Of a stretch of 64,000 bases of DNA, positions 1 through 13,349 are shown in pieces. Source of the DNA: Raillietiella orientalis. Taxonomy: Eukaryota. The stretch covers positions 620,001 through 684,000 of the forward strand of contig JAYWIR010000051.1 of NCBI GenBank assembly GCA_036172245.1. Direction: 5' to 3'. How positions within the stretch are numbered: the first letter of the stretch is position 1; every line of letters begins with the position of its first letter. The notes under the pieces are model-generated. The model was not told the DNA's origin, ran no database searches, and saw only the letters and a program-made list of their open reading frames with translations. The translations under genes and the position numbers were made by a program.

Positions 1-2226
1 ATGATGGCCTCTCAAGGGCACGGGGGTGAGGGGTGGGGGCTCCGAAGAGCCACGAGCCGGAAGCCCGTTGAGACCTGGGAGACAAAGAGCTGGCGTAAAG
101 GGCGGGAGCACGTGCGCCTGGCGGAGGCGCCGGCTGCGCCGCCGCGGTCATAACGGCGAGTCGGGGAGGTGGGCGCGGCGGAGATACTGCCCCACGCCTG
201 CAGGGAGGCGCTCGCTTGCGCCAATCGGGAGGTACATGGGGACTGAGAAACCCGGGACGGGCGAAAACGCGAGCCTCCAAAAGCGAACCCGAGCCACTGC
301 GGGATTCTAGGGAAGGAAGTCCTCGGGTTCCCGCCAACGAGAAGTCTGAAGAAAGGACGCCGGGAAGCGACGGAGAAGAGGGGCCAGAAGGGCATCGGAT
401 GCTGCCTCCTCCCCATCCCTTCCCCTCCCGTGGATGAGGTCGACGGGAAAGGTCGGGAGCAAAAACGGTCACCACCCCCCGAGGAGGAAGGTGGCAGGGC
501 ATCGGTGGGTAGTGGAGAGACCACGGACGGGTGGGGCTGCTCATGAGCGCGGGGATGCGGAAACGCGCCAAGCAGCCTCAGCAAAGGCGAAGGTGGAGGA
601 GGGGGAAATTCGCAGTGGGGTCTTTTCGCGCGCGGGGTCGAATTCGGTTGTGAAGGCCGCTGGGTCCTTGGGAACTCGCCTCGTCCTCCTCGGAAGGAAG
701 GAGGCGCCAGAGAAAGCCTCAGTCCCAGCCGGCCTTCGGAACGTCCGTCCCTGAGTCCCCCGGCGGTGTCTCTGCACACGCGAAAAGAGAGGGGCCGGAG
801 GTTGCGATGCGTGCGCGCGCGGCCCGCCCTCGCCGCGGTTTCGGGACGCGTAGAAACGATGGACCGACGACTCCGCCCCTTGATTTCCGGTGGTGCCTCC
901 CGCGACTCTGGGAAAGCCTCCGACCTCCCCTGTTTGTCCAGAGCGTTCTCTCTCCTCCCCCTTCCCCTTCCTCCATTTTCCTACCCGTGGCTGCGGACAC
1001 CGGAAAACCTCCGAGCGCGCGTCGACCTCCCGGTCGGCGGCGGTGCGTCTCCATCCGCTGCCGCCGTGGGGACGCCGGGCGCCGAGGCCGGGCAGCCGCT
1101 CTGGACCAGGGCCCGGGATGGTGGGCAAGCGACGCCTTCCCGTTCGGGACATACGCGTCCGCGGGAACCGACAGTACGGCTGAGAGCTGCGCGGCGGCCT
1201 CTCTCGTCCGAAAGCGGAAGCTCTCTCGCTCTTCCTCCCTGTTGCCAGATGGCGCACGCGCACGGACGCCCGTCCACACTCTCCAGGAGGCTCCCGGCCT
1301 CAGCATCCTCTCGCCGACAGCTTCCCGTTGGCATGGGAGCCTCTCTACTTGTTTTCCCGAGGGCACGCGCCTCCTCCGCAGCTGCGAGAGGCGTAGGGAG
1401 CGCAAAATCCAGGAGTCGCTGAAGGAAGGAACGAGGACAGAGTCCACGTCGGAGACAACAAAGGGAGGTTGGGGGGGGAAGACACCTTTCCTGAGGATCC
1501 CGGAAGCTTCCTGCAGAGGAGGAAGTGAAGATCCTCCTCAGGAGCTGTGCTGGTAATGGGGCATCTGGACCGCCAGGATTTTCTCAGGTCGGGATCGAAT
1601 GGGTTCGCAGAGGGTCTCGGTGCGCCGTTCCCTAGAGGAAGAAATCCCGAGGGCTCCCTCTTCCACAGTCGAGGTGATTCTGGTGCGTGGAAGTGGCATG
1701 CTGACGCGACCTCGCAAGAACCTGGCAGCGAACGTGGACATGTCGCTTCGGCAACGCGGCGGCCGATGGGTCACCCGCCCGACTGTGCCACGAGTGATTC
1801 CCAGAACAGAGTTCGCCTCCACGGGTGCGCTCGAAGTGACGGGTCCGGGAAGCGGACCCAATTCGATAGAGTGGGAAGGCCCTCTGTTGGAATGAGTTGG
1901 GTGTGGGCGCACTCGAACTTTTCTCCTGAACACCTCGTGGCTTCTGGCCATCTGTTCTTCGAGAGCCGCGGGGTCGCACCGACGCCGTTATGACACGACC
2001 GTGGGAGAACGGAACGTCCGAGAGAGAGAAAACAAAAAGGAATGCAGGAATGGAAGTACTGGGGAGGGGCAATCGCCTGCACTGCGTTTCTTACGGGCGC
2101 TGCTGCGAAGCGCGAAGTTCCCTGGTCCGCTGGCAGATGGTGAAACCCATGGCGCTACTTGGGCTCGGGGCGCTCACGCGCTTTCCACCGCTATTAGTTC
2201 TTTCCAGAAAGCGTGCTGCTACTCAC

Positions 2227-2278
2227 CGCTCTGTTTTGAGAACCAGCGGTCGACAGCGCCTCCTTCGGAAAGAGACAC
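2227..2278 (-). other. Candidate 52-nt frame-shifting cassette exon after the RRM1 exon
   Basis: UGUU-containing pyrimidine tract ending ctctctaag|; donor CG|gtgagt. Confidence 0.35.
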
Positions 2279-3225
2279 CTTAGAGAGGGGGAAAAAAAAC
2301 AAAAAACCTGGCAACAACGGGGACGCACGGCAGATCACGTGGCCGGCCAACGACGGAGGCAGGATGCCAGGAGGCGGACACCCCAGAGGGAATCTCGCCA
2401 CAGCCTGGACTCCAAGGCACACTGCTCGCGGCCGCTTCGGTTTCCATAGCAACGTGCCAACCGAAGCACGTCTCTCCTCTTCAGACCGTTGTCCGGAGGA
2501 ACGAAAGGCTCTCGCGAGACGCGCGACAGGCGGACGTTTCATCGGAGGGTGGGGGACGGACGCAGGACCGGAGGTCATCCGCCACAGGGAGAGACAGTCC
2601 GTGCGGTGCGTTGCCAGGCACGGCAAAGCGCAGAGGCGGCCGCACCGTCGACAAGCGGCTGACGGCGCACCCGACAAGGGACTTCGCACAACCCACCTTC
2701 CCTCGTTGGGGAGGGGCATTCCCCTCCCCTCTCCTCTCCCCACACCAGGAGAAAGGATGGAGAAGGAAGAGGAGGAAGGGAAGAAGAGGAGGAAGGAGGA
2801 GGAAGCCAACGGAACGCAGCTCTGAGGCCGGAGCACCAGGTGACCCTCTACCCCCCCAGTGGAAGGGAGGGCTGCCCTGAGGGAGCGCCGTGTACAAGAG
2901 CCGTGGGCACGGGCCTCTGCCGGACGACGCGCCCTCCCTTCACGGGACGGCGGGTCGCGGCTGCCTCTCCTCGCAGTCGTCGCGGCCCGGAAATGCAGGA
3001 TGCCGAGACGGGGAAGGAGGCAGCACACCCCCGTTCCCCTTCCTCCTTCCCTTCTTTTCCCGAAGATGATGCTCGCCCCCAGCAGCACCAGAGGAGAGGC
3101 GAGCGGGGCAGAAGCAGCCTTTCCCGGCCCGACGGCGGCCCCGAGAGGGGTGACGGCTCTCCCTTACCCCCTCTCGCCCAGGGCGGGGAGTGACTCGGTG
3201 CCGAAGGAAGAAAGAGGTGCCTTAC

Positions 3226-3274
3226 CGTTTCTGTTTTCGCTATCGGCCGGTTTCATCTGAATGGGATGGTGCAT
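3226..3274 (-). CDS. CELF2: CELF exon: end of RRM1 (MHHPIQMKPADSENRN)
   Basis: Acceptor ccatttcag| (phase 0), donor ACG|gtaagg (phase 1); 49 nt. Confidence 0.96.
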
Positions 3275-6200
3275 CTGAAATGGACCAGCTCGGTGAGACA
3301 CTCTGCGGAAGAGGGGGGCGCCCAGAAAAGGGGAGCGCCCAAGGGCATCTTTTTTCGGAGGCACGTTTGTCCACAGGGGCGCTCGGGAAGGCCGGGCAGG
3401 GGCAGAAAGCCGCGAGCGGGCACGGACGACCACCAGGCGTCCCACCTTTGCGAGAAAGTCCCACCCTGTCCCTCATCCCTCTCCCGCTGAGAAGGCAAGC
3501 TGAGGAGACCCCCTTCTTTCTGCCATCCCCAGGGGAACCGCAAGCAAGTTCAGAGGGGGAGAGGGGAGGGGAAGCGCGCCGGTCTCAGTGCGTGACTTGC
3601 CCGCTGCCCGCTCTCTAGCGCTGGCGCTGCCTGCCCTCTGCTCACGTCCAGCACGCCCCGCCAATCTTGGACCGCCCTCTCGCAGCCCTCGGGGAATCCA
3701 GAGAGGGAAGGGGGATGAAGGAACGCCCTTCCGAGGAAAATCTGCCCCAGGAGCGCCGCTGACGCGAAAGAAGCTCCCCGTGGGCCGCGGCGAAGGACAC
3801 GGTAAACCGCCCAGAGGGTGTGGAGGATCCCCGCGATCTTCCGTCTGCAGAGGAGGAAAAGCACACCGAGGAGCAGGAAAGCGTCGAAGGTCTCCCGGTC
3901 CGGTAGGCGCCCCGAAAGAGACTCCGAGATTGCGGGAGCAGAAAAGAGGCCGAGGAGGCTCCCCTGATGGACCCTACCAGCAGCACCACTCCTTTCTCTG
4001 CTCCACTGTGACCTCCTGTTTCCCTGTCTCCCACCTCGCCGGAAGGGTAGTTCCGAACGGAAATTCCTGTTCCCGGAAACGGGTGGTCCGTGGATGCGCT
4101 ACTTGAGGACACTTTGAAGTTTCGCCCTTCACCGCCCAGGGCGTGAGGGAGAGAGCGTTCCCTACTGGAGGGCACTCCCGGGAGAGGGGAGTGAAGGCTC
4201 GCAGTCCCCCTGATGACCATCCGGGAATCCTGCGCATTACCTGCGGGATGCGCGCGGGATCGTAGGGAGGGGCTCCAACGGAGGAGAGTCCAGGAAGCCG
4301 ACCTACGGCCCTCCGTATGCAGGCCGGGATTGTAGGAGACTCGGTCGGTCCCTCGGTCGCAGAACGAGGACAAGGTCCGGAGGGTCAAGTGGAGCAGCAG
4401 GACGGAGTTGGTCGTCGGGTCTGCCCTATGGCGCTGCTCAGAAACCGTGCCTCGAGGCAAAGACCACAGTGCACGCGTCCGCCTCCTCCTACAGGGAGCA
4501 GAGGATCCTGGCGCTGCAAAGGGAGGAGCAGCAGGCAGCGCCACAGGCGCAGCTTCGGATGCAGTCTCCAGGGGGGTTCGGGGGACAACAAGGAGGCCGA
4601 CCGGCGCCGAAGCCACAGCTGGCGCCACCACGTGCACGAGCGGTTCCCTCCTCTCCCGCCGCCTCAAAAAAAAAAAAAAAGGAACTGTGTTTTTGGGTGC
4701 ACAGGGGGGTCGAGATCGGCATCATCCCGGTCCAACGCGCGGTGGAGGGCGCTTTTCGTCCTCACTGGGCAGGCGGCTCCCTCGCTAAAGGCAAGGGGGG
4801 CAAGGGGAGGCACGTCGCGAGGCGCCGAAGCGTCTGGCAGAGCCCCCGGAGCACGAGCAGGCAGCTCGCAGTCGCGCCAGGCTAGTACCACCGCACGTGT
4901 TCCGGAAGGGAAGAGGAAGAGGAGGAGAAAAAGAAAAGAAGGAAGGGACTGTGTTTTGGAAACGGGATAGCCCTTCCCCTCTCCAGGAGCGTATCCTGGT
5001 CGCAAGGATTGGCCCGGAAGCGCGAGGGCACGCTGCAGAGGGCTGCGGTCAGGCTTCCTTCTCGAGACACGTGCCAGGCGTAACGTCATTGACGGAGACG
5101 GCGTCTCGGAATTCTTGACGAGGCGGTATGAAGGCTCACCGCACCCACCTCGCGAAGGTCTTCCCGACTAATTACGGTAGGTTTTTTTTGCAGAGACAGC
5201 GCTTTCGAGTGGGGAGCTCAGGGAGACCCACGAGGCGACGCCCGTGGCTGCGGATGCGGTGAAGGAGGCGTGGGAGGAGTCGTTTCCGACAGAGGATCCT
5301 CTGGGAACAAAACGGGGTGTCTTCCCGCGCTCTCGAGGAGCAGACCGACCCTTGTTCCCCGACCCCTCGGATACACCGCCCTTCCCGGCGAGGGGGCGCC
5401 GCTTCCTGAGAAGTCCGCTGGGTCGCTCCTGCACTTTTCAGCACGAGCGCCGTCCCGCAAACCGCGTCGCCCCCACAGTCTGGAAGGAATGAGAAAGGGG
5501 AGGGAGTGATGAGATGAGGATGGAAAGGAGAAGGAGGATGGGAGTCGTCGGACTGAGGCAGTTCCCAGTTTCCCGCGATTCTTTCAGGGGATTAACCCCA
5601 CCCCTGAAAGCTCGTTCCACGGACAGGACACCCCACGCGCCCGTCGGTAGAGTTCGGCGTTGGGCGTCTCTACGCCCTCTTCTGTCTTGCAGCGACCCTC
5701 TCCATCCGCCAAGGATCTCCCGGATGGGAATCCAGGAAGCGTCGTCTGATCAGCTCCACGTCGACGTTCGCGAGTGCGTCATGCTTCCCGGGGGACGCCG
5801 TGGGGAAGGCACAGGACGCGCCGGCTGGAACCTACAGAGCCGGCTGGAAACCCTCCGCCCATCCTCTGCGGGAAGCCATTCCGCTCTGCGGATCAACCTG
5901 TTCGGAGGGGGGGGGGAGCGGTCCTCGGCTCTGTCCCGCCCACCAGATGTAATGTGAGGATACAGGTAAACATTCGCGTCTCGGCTGGGGGGGGATCCAA
6001 GCGGCGTTCGCCTCGGATCCGATGCGTCCTCAGGGAGAGCGCACGGTGGATTCGGCCAGGCATGTGGCAGCGGCAGGCCATCCGATCGATAGGGGTACTT
6101 CGATCCCCGAGCCCTCGGTGTCCCTCACGAGATAGCTCAGCAACGGGGATAATTTGGCCGAGGGATCCTGGCTTGCACATCTCCCGGAATGCGGGTCTCC

Positions 6201-6639
6201 TCTGACTCGCCGTTCCCCCTCGGCGGAGGCTGGACCCCCGCAACGCCGGATCGAACGCGCGCGCGCACTCTGACGTCGGGGGAAGGAACCCGGTGGTGGT
6301 ACTAGACTCGTTTCAAAGAGGGCGGGGCGGTCTCACGTCCGCACCTGGAGACAGATCTGCGTGCACCTGCCTTCTTTCCCCGCAAGATAAAGCGCACGCT
6401 GCGTGCAATCTGATGTCGCCCGCGATAACGCTGGCGTTCCTCTTATCGACAATCTGTTTGAATAAACCAGCGGAGCCACCTTTTTTTTTTTTTTTTTTCT
6501 GCTATTTTCCTCCTTGCTCTTTGCCTTTTCCCTCGATGCTCTTCTTCAATCTTACGTAATCGCATGGGCATTCCGGCCAATCGCAAGGTCGTAAAAGACA
6601 GCAGCAACAGCAAACGTTAGGGAGGGGAGTAGGGGGAGG

Positions 6640-7080
6640 GAACAGGAGTGGACTGATTTTCCGTGCTCGAAGAGACGACCAGCTTCACGCTCCGTTCGCA
6701 CGGCAGTTTCCCAAGCGCTTCGTGCCCGCAAGCATGAGATGGCGCCCCTTGCTCAGGAACGAGGACACGGAATCGCCCATCTTTCCGTGCCGCCTCTCCG
6801 CTCCGCGAAAAGTCCGTGCACACCTGGAGGATTTCCGCGAAATCCTTTGGGGCATGAAGGGGGGAACGAACGGATATCCGGTGACCTCCTGCTTCATTTC
6901 CTGCGACTAGAACAGGATCCTGACCCTGGTCCACGTCAGCAAATGGCGATCTTCCATCTAGGCTGCGGCTTCCCCATCTTGCGGTCTTTCAAGAAGGAGG
7001 GGGTGTGGTTCGAAGATGCACTGGGACCCCTGCCGTCGCAACGGAAGCGTCCCGCCATCGTTCTCCAGGAAAAGGGCCGA
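6640..7080 (-). mobile_element. Decayed non-LTR RT fragment in CELF intron 3
   Basis: Remnants in shifting frames: CIFE, GKPQPRWKIAI (~G..P..WK.A), HRISV...KDFAEIL (~YRPISL..K.FE.IL), GRFR. Confidence 0.35.
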
Positions 7081-9171
7081 TGAGACTTGTACCCGTCCAG
7101 TGGTGCCAGGTGTTCCGGCCGCCAGGGAGCGACGTACTTCGGGAATCGAAGGCGAGGAGGAGCGAAGTGCGCGCGCGCGCCTCAGCTCAAGGGGCGCGCG
7201 GACGTGTTCGATAAGCGCCAGGTGTCGTGTCAACAGGAGATAATTTGTGCACCGAGACAGAACGGGAGGAGAGGCGGTTCGCAAGACCCCGACTGTCACG
7301 CCGATCTTGCAGAGATTTAATTAGGCGGATGAGAGGTGCGAGTCGCAGCTCGCCCGGTGCGGATTTGGGGAGCGCGCCGTGCCACCGGAGATTCCTCGGC
7401 GGACCGTCCAAGAAAGAGTCGCCCGGCCCTGTCCTGGAACCCGGGTCTCCCGTTGCCAGCGTTTTCTTGAACGATCGGTTCCTCCCTCGCCTCACGTCGA
7501 CAGTGGCCGACGCTTCCCGTAGTGCCGGGGTTCCTGGAAGCACTCGTTCTGGTGACGCAGCCACTCGACGGCCAGCCGTCGACAGGGACTCCCCCGGGGG
7601 TGTACGCGGTCGAGAGGCACTGCACTCCAAACGGATTCTTCTGCTTGAATAATCCCCGCGAAGAGAGGTGCGCTTGCCCTTCCCGTGTGAACGTGGCAGG
7701 CGTTCGCGCACTCACCATGAATGGGGAGTCATAGGCGAGGAAACTTCGGTCTCCATCTGCAGACTGGGAAAGACGCGCACGGACGCTGACGAAGCCGGCG
7801 TGAAGACGATGGCAATGAACGGACGACGCACACACGTCCACCTTTGTAGGGTCGTGGGGAGGACGCGTGTGAGGGGTGGGCAGCGGTGCCACTGCGCACC
7901 TAGACCCGTGCTTTGGCTTCTGCTGTGGTCCACGGGATCCCGAACGAATTCGGGAGCTCAGGAGAATGATCTCTGACCGTTGCGTTCTCCCGCGCAGAGG
8001 GCGACAGACCCCCGACACGAGAGGCGAGTCTGAATGCCCCCAGTCAGCTGTTCCAAGAGCTGACCTGCGAGGCCTCGAGAGAAAGCAAGTCCGAGTCTCG
8101 CTTGCGCGGCCGATTTTGGTCTTGCGAAGAAACGTCATGCTGTCTTTGGCGGGGTCGGAAGCAGTCGAGCCCGCCAACTGCCAAAGATTTCGGAACCGCA
8201 CGAACACGATCGCGAGGTTGGGGAGGGTAGGAGGAAATTTGGCTCCTTTTCCTGCTGCTCCACACTTGGTGGACTCCGGAGAAATCACCTCACGGACCAC
8301 AGCAATGGGCATTAGAGTCGCGGAAAGGGGGGACGGTAGCAGAGAGAAAAAGAACAAGGAAGACAAACGAAGGAGGAGGAAGAGGAGGACGAAGAGGAAA
8401 GGAGGAAGAAGGTAAGAAGAGGAGGAACGAAGCAAATTCGAAGCGATTGCAGGACTTCGTCAGGACGCTCGGCAACTGCACCGTTTCGCCCACTGGAAAC
8501 GAGGGCGCACTGGCCGCTTATTTTGCGTTTCGCCACCTTGGAGGCCAAGGAAGGTGGCTGATGCGGTGTTGCCTGATGGGCCCGCTGGGGAATGTGCGGG
8601 CGTCGCTCCTCCGGGTTCCACTAACCCTCTTCATGGCCTTCCCGCTCCTTCTCCATCGAAGGAGTCTCTCGCGGGGTCATCCGTTCGCGGAAAGCAGGGA
8701 AGCCTGCAGCTTCGGAAAAGAACGCCGCTCCTGTCTCCGCCCCGCGTGGATCGGTGGCGCGCCTCGCTGCACCAGTGAATTCCAAGCGACCGGCCGTCGA
8801 ACTCCGCCGCAGCTTCTGCAGTTTTCCAGGAGATGCGCAGATCTCGCTGTTGGAGGGAAGCGCCCTCCGAGACGCGCGGTTCCCACGGAGGCGAAACTGC
8901 GGGTCGCCGCCTCCCTCCCGGCCGCGCCCGACCCTGCGCACGAAGGGGCTAGTCCTGACTCCTCCCGCAGCGGGGACCGAAAGTCGAGGCTGGAATTCCT
9001 GCTCCCCAGACTGCTTGCTCTTCTGGGGACAGAACGGGGGACGCGCAAAGACAAAGAACTGCTTCACGGAGGAAGGAAAGGGTGCAGGTGTGGGTGAGAT
9101 TTTGTTTCCGTGTATGTGTTCAGATCGTGGAGGTCGGCGCCCCCCCCTCCTCCTTTCCCCAGTTTACTTAC

Positions 9172-9254
9172 GCCAGGAAGAGTCTTGATGTTGTGCAAGG
9201 CGTTCTGGGCGTCCAGGGCCGCTCGGCGGGTGTAGAAGGTGACGAAGCAGCATC
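9172..9254 (-). CDS. CELF2: CELF exon: RRM1 RNP1 region ([28 protein letters not shown])
   Basis: Acceptor gccttccag| (phase 1, G+GA=Gly), donor GGC|gtaagt (phase 0); 83 nt. Confidence 0.97.
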
Positions 9255-10824
9255 CTGGAAGGCACAGTCCATTGAGATCGGGAGGACACGGCGCTGGGGA
9301 GGGCGCGGAGGCGCTTCGAGACGGGACGCCGTACCCCAGCGGGCTCATCGCGGGCGGGAAGAAAACTTTTCTTCCCGATGATGATGCAGATGAAAAGTTC
9401 GCAGCGAGGCACCAGCGGCGCTTCCCTCTGAGCTCGAGACGGGACGTATGAATCATTCCCACAAAGGATAACACGGCCCGGTGCTATATTTAAGGGATCC
9501 GAGCGGACGGTTCCCATGTCAACGTAGCAGAGAAACCCCTACAGCAGGAGTCGAAACCCCCCGCAATTTATCAAACCTGTGAAACAGCATCCGTTCCGAC
9601 ACGCAGCTCGTTTCTCCCTCTCCTCCTTCGAGGGGGGGGAGGGGAATAAAAGACGTCAACAGGAACGCCTTTACACGGACCGCCGAAAACTTGGCTGGGA
9701 TCATCCTGTGCAGGAGGCTTACCCCCAACTTCCCCGTTCGCTGGACGGTGGCGCGGACACGGCTCGCCAGCCTTGGAGCCGCAAATTGAATGTAGGACGT
9801 GGGGACTTCCATCTACCTTTCGCTCCTCACCCCCCTCCCCTCTGGGTTTCTGATTTAGGAGCGAGAGAAGGGTCTTCTGCAAGAAAAAAGGAAGGAGGAA
9901 TGGAGGAGGAGGAGGAGGAGGAGGAAGGAGACCCCGCGCGGGGGCGCGTCCGCCAGCGGAGGCAAAAAGTGCAGGTGCCGGGAACTCCAGCAACTCTCTT
10001 CCCACCCCGAGGAAAAGGGGAGGCCCCTGGGGCTGCCGTTCGCCTCTCTACTCAGCCGACCGGCGAGCCGAGAGCCTCGCCTGCCGGTCCGCTGCCTGTC
10101 TCGCGCCCTCGCGAGCCACGTGCCTAATCGCCGGCAACTCTGGGGAAAAAGGGGAAAGGGAAGAAGACTGACCGGGAAGTTTTCCCTATTCCCTCGGGTC
10201 AACCGTTTTCCGTCCATCTGAAGGTCGGGAAGAGAAGATTCCGCGGCTTTTCCGAAGATGTCGCTGGGATGTGTCTCACTGTGCACCACCAAGGGCAGCG
10301 AATAGGGTCCGGAGAGATCCCGGAGCAACTGCTTGTCGACCCCGTTTGCGATGGTCCATCTCGGAGCGCACATCCCTGCTCCCGCTTCCAGGTTGGCGCC
10401 CGCCTCGACCGTTCAGCGCGCCCCCGGAGGCGGCGACGATCAAAACTCTAGAGGTGTCGCCACTGAGCGACATCCAGGAGGCGCCCTTTCGAGGGGACGT
10501 TGCCCCCGCCCTCTCCACGCCTGCCTACTGCGGAGGCCTCAGAGTCACCTCCCACTGGACACCGGATGAGAGATCCCGGCGGTCGAAAAGCCGACCGGAG
10601 CCCCGCGGCTTTGCGGGAGCCACTCACCCCCTTGGTCCCTTCCGGGAAGGAGAGTTCCTACTTTTCCCGTTTCCTCCCCGCCTCTACACCCCCTTTTCCT
10701 TCACAGCTTCGGTGTCGCAGGGGGTTTCCGCCAACCAAAGAAACGAAATCTCCCGCCCGGACATCCCTTCACTCCCTCAGCGCTGCCGGGAATCCTCCTT
10801 GCGCCTCGCCCCCACGACTCTGAA

Positions 10825-10885
10825 GTGGGAATTCGAGCCTCGTCTCCCAAACGTAAGGTGCCACAGACCTCCCCTGAGTCACTCC
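10825..10885 (-). mobile_element. Possible decayed tRNA-derived SINE head
   Basis: gtgactcaggggagg (A-box-like) and ggctcgaattccc (B-box-like) at tRNA-like spacing; no cloverleaf. Confidence 0.25.
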
Positions 10886-11268
10886 CAAACGAGGCGTGCC
10901 GCGCCCCGCCCGCCGACACTGCCGGGATAAGGCGAAGGGAGAAGACCGCTGGCCGTTTCTGGGTGCTGATTGGTGCCGCTTGATTTCTTCTACCGGCGGT
11001 GCTTGCCGTGGTCTCTCGTCCCGTTCCGGCTGCGCCTCCAGACGGCCCACCTCCTCCTTCCCTCCCTCCCCGCCAGCTCACGTCTCTTCGGTCCCGTTGC
11101 CCGATGTCCCTTGCAGCCCCCGACCGCTCGCCGAAGCCATCCCCCCGCGCGCGAAAGCTCCCCCCGTCTTCCGGAGGGGCGACTCCTTTTCCCGCTCCCT
11201 GCTCTTCGGCTGCAGCCGGGACCTCGCCGCGTCGCTTGGTGGGGATGGGGGTGGAAGAGGATACCAAC

Positions 11269-11447
11269 CTTTGCTCTGTCCCGTCACTTTGTCCCTCAGA
11301 ACGTTAATCTGGTGGACGCTCCCGTATTCCTCGAACATTCTCTTCAGGTCACCCTCGTCCATGGTGCGAGGGATCTGCCCCACGAACATTTTGATGGCAT
11401 CGGGGTCGGGGCCTCCGCCAGCAGCACATCCATCGCCAACGGTCACA
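11269..11447 (-). CDS. CELF2: CELF exon: RRM1 N-terminal part with RNP2 (MFVGQI)
   Basis: Acceptor gtggtttcag| and donor AAAG|gttggt. 179 nt = 1 nt + 59 codons + 1 nt. Encodes [59 protein letters not shown]. Confidence 0.95.
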
Positions 11448-12829
11448 CTGAAACCACAGCGCAGTTGCTCAGCACCGACACTCAAAGGGCACCTCCCCTT
11501 CGTTCGGGAAGGAAGCGCGCGGAGCCGTAGAGCGACAGCGTAACGAGACCGCTGCGGAGGCTGCTGTGCCGCAGGGAGCAGTTCCAGTTCTCCGGAAAAG
11601 ACTCCCGGAGGCGGCGGCAGCGCCGCCACCTCCCCTCCCCCTCCTCGAAAGCCGATCCCCCCGTGCAAAGGCGCTCCGCCGTCTTGCAGACGCATTGACG
11701 CCCTGGAAGAGGAGTGCGGAAGGAGGAGGGTCTTCTGAGGAACGAGTAGGCGCCCGGGAGCTTCCTGACGGACGCAGCCGAGAAACGCGGGCTACTCGCG
11801 GCGCAGATTCCGAGCGGAGTGCCGGCGTAGAAGCGGGGAGTCAGTCCGTCCTCCCTCTCGCGGGTGAGGTCTGTTCCCTCTCCTCCCCTCCAATTCTGCT
11901 CCGCGCGGCGTTCCCTCGGTCTAGACTGGCATCGGCGGGAGAGGGCGCTGTGGATCACCCGCCGCAGGGAGGTGGCGGCAGAAAAATTTTCAGCGGGACC
12001 TTCCGGGACGCGACAGCCCTTCGCGCGGAGAGGCTCCTCCGGAAAGCGTTCTCCGTGTCTGCCGTCTTTCCGCGAAGGGAACGCAGGAAACGGGGACTCT
12101 TCGTCCGCCTCGGGAGCAGCCGGGATCGGCGGTCTGATGTGCCGGCTTCAGGGACATTAGGAGGATCAAGCGGGGAACTGAGGACCCCAGAGGGGCAGCC
12201 CGCTGCACGCACGCACGCAGTTCTACTCATTGAAGGTCACAGCGACCGCGGCGGCAAGAATACTGACGGCCTTCCGCGCTCGGAGAGGGATGGTTCTCCC
12301 CGACCTTCCCCGATGTTTCAGAAACTCTCGAGACGGCAGCGACTCCGCCACAGCACGTGTCCGATCCCCGGGAGCGAACGTCCACTTTTGCCCCTCCCAC
12401 TCCGGGGCAAAAGTGGACTCCCGGCTGCGAGAACGGTCCAGGCAGGACGAGCGCGTGCCACTTGCCCTCCAGCTATCACGCGGAGCAGCCCTTCTGAAGA
12501 AGCAGCCGCTTCCTCCACGGTCTTCTCCGTAGTTTCAGCTAGCCATAGGCACCGTCCTCTCGACCTCCTCGTTTTGGCGGCTCTTCACCGGACGGGCAAG
12601 GTCGAAGCCGCAGGAGTGCACCGGTGTGCATCCCTCGGAGGACAGATTCGCAAGGAAGGTCAAGGCCGGCTGTCGGGAACTGAGGGCGGGACACGAATGC
12701 TCTCTCAGGATGAGCTCGAGGAGCGTCGCCAAGGTGAGGACGTGGAACGGCGAGGGACGCGAACCGGCAGCTGCGCGCCAACTGGCGATCGCCGCCAGCG
12801 GACCCGTCAGCGTCCTGGAGGCGAGGCGA

Positions 12830-13330
12830 TTCCTACCGTACTTTCGGCAAGGTCACACCTTGGTCTGCTGCGATCGAGACGAATATGACGGATGCTGCCG
12901 CATCTCGGAGTGGTTTCCGAGGTACTTGGAATCGCGAGACGCTTGGAAACGTGGGAAAAAGTGTGGGGTTTCGGGAAGGACAGGAGGGGGAAGGAAGAGA
13001 GGAAAGAAGGGGAGGAAGGGGGAGAAGGAAGGAAAAAACGAGCGGCACTCGTCGTTTCACCGCGATTTGAATTTCAGAAAAGGGGCGGGAAGCCCCGAAG
13101 GGCGCGCAGGCGGAGTTTTCGATGCGATCGAACAACTAAGTTGGACCCTTCGGGCTCGTTGAAGAGGCATCAAGGAAAGCAACCGGATCCGGGCGAGGGA
13201 TGCTGGGACGAAGAATGCCAAGGACTCAACCAGAAGTCGCAATCCCACCTCGAGCGCGTTGGCGGTGACCCCACGGTGGACGATGGGTCGCTGAGTACTG
13301 AAGAACCTCTGGCCTTCTTAGAGGAGGGAT
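12830..13330 (+). mobile_element. Possible decayed RTE-like ORF 3' end
   Basis: QLSW followed by PPRARWR (~L.W.GH..R...RGRPR.RW.D); very degenerate. Confidence 0.25.
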
Positions 13331-13349
13331 CACGAAGCTCTTGAAGCAC

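Noticed and set aside
1..2200. Search for the RRM2 exon
   Set aside because: No KLF[IV]GM-type sequence found in any frame; the exon must lie outside the window.
11448..11695. In-frame extension of the RRM1 exon to ATG 11695 (MRLQDGG...)
   Set aside because: A good phase-matched acceptor at 11447 explains the exon, and open frames are common here. Not excluded as a minor first exon.
11566..12888. 440-aa plus-strand ORF (and similar ORFs at 29501-30712, 30307-31599, 24109-25164)
   Set aside because: Low-complexity GC-driven ORFs with no recognisable family.
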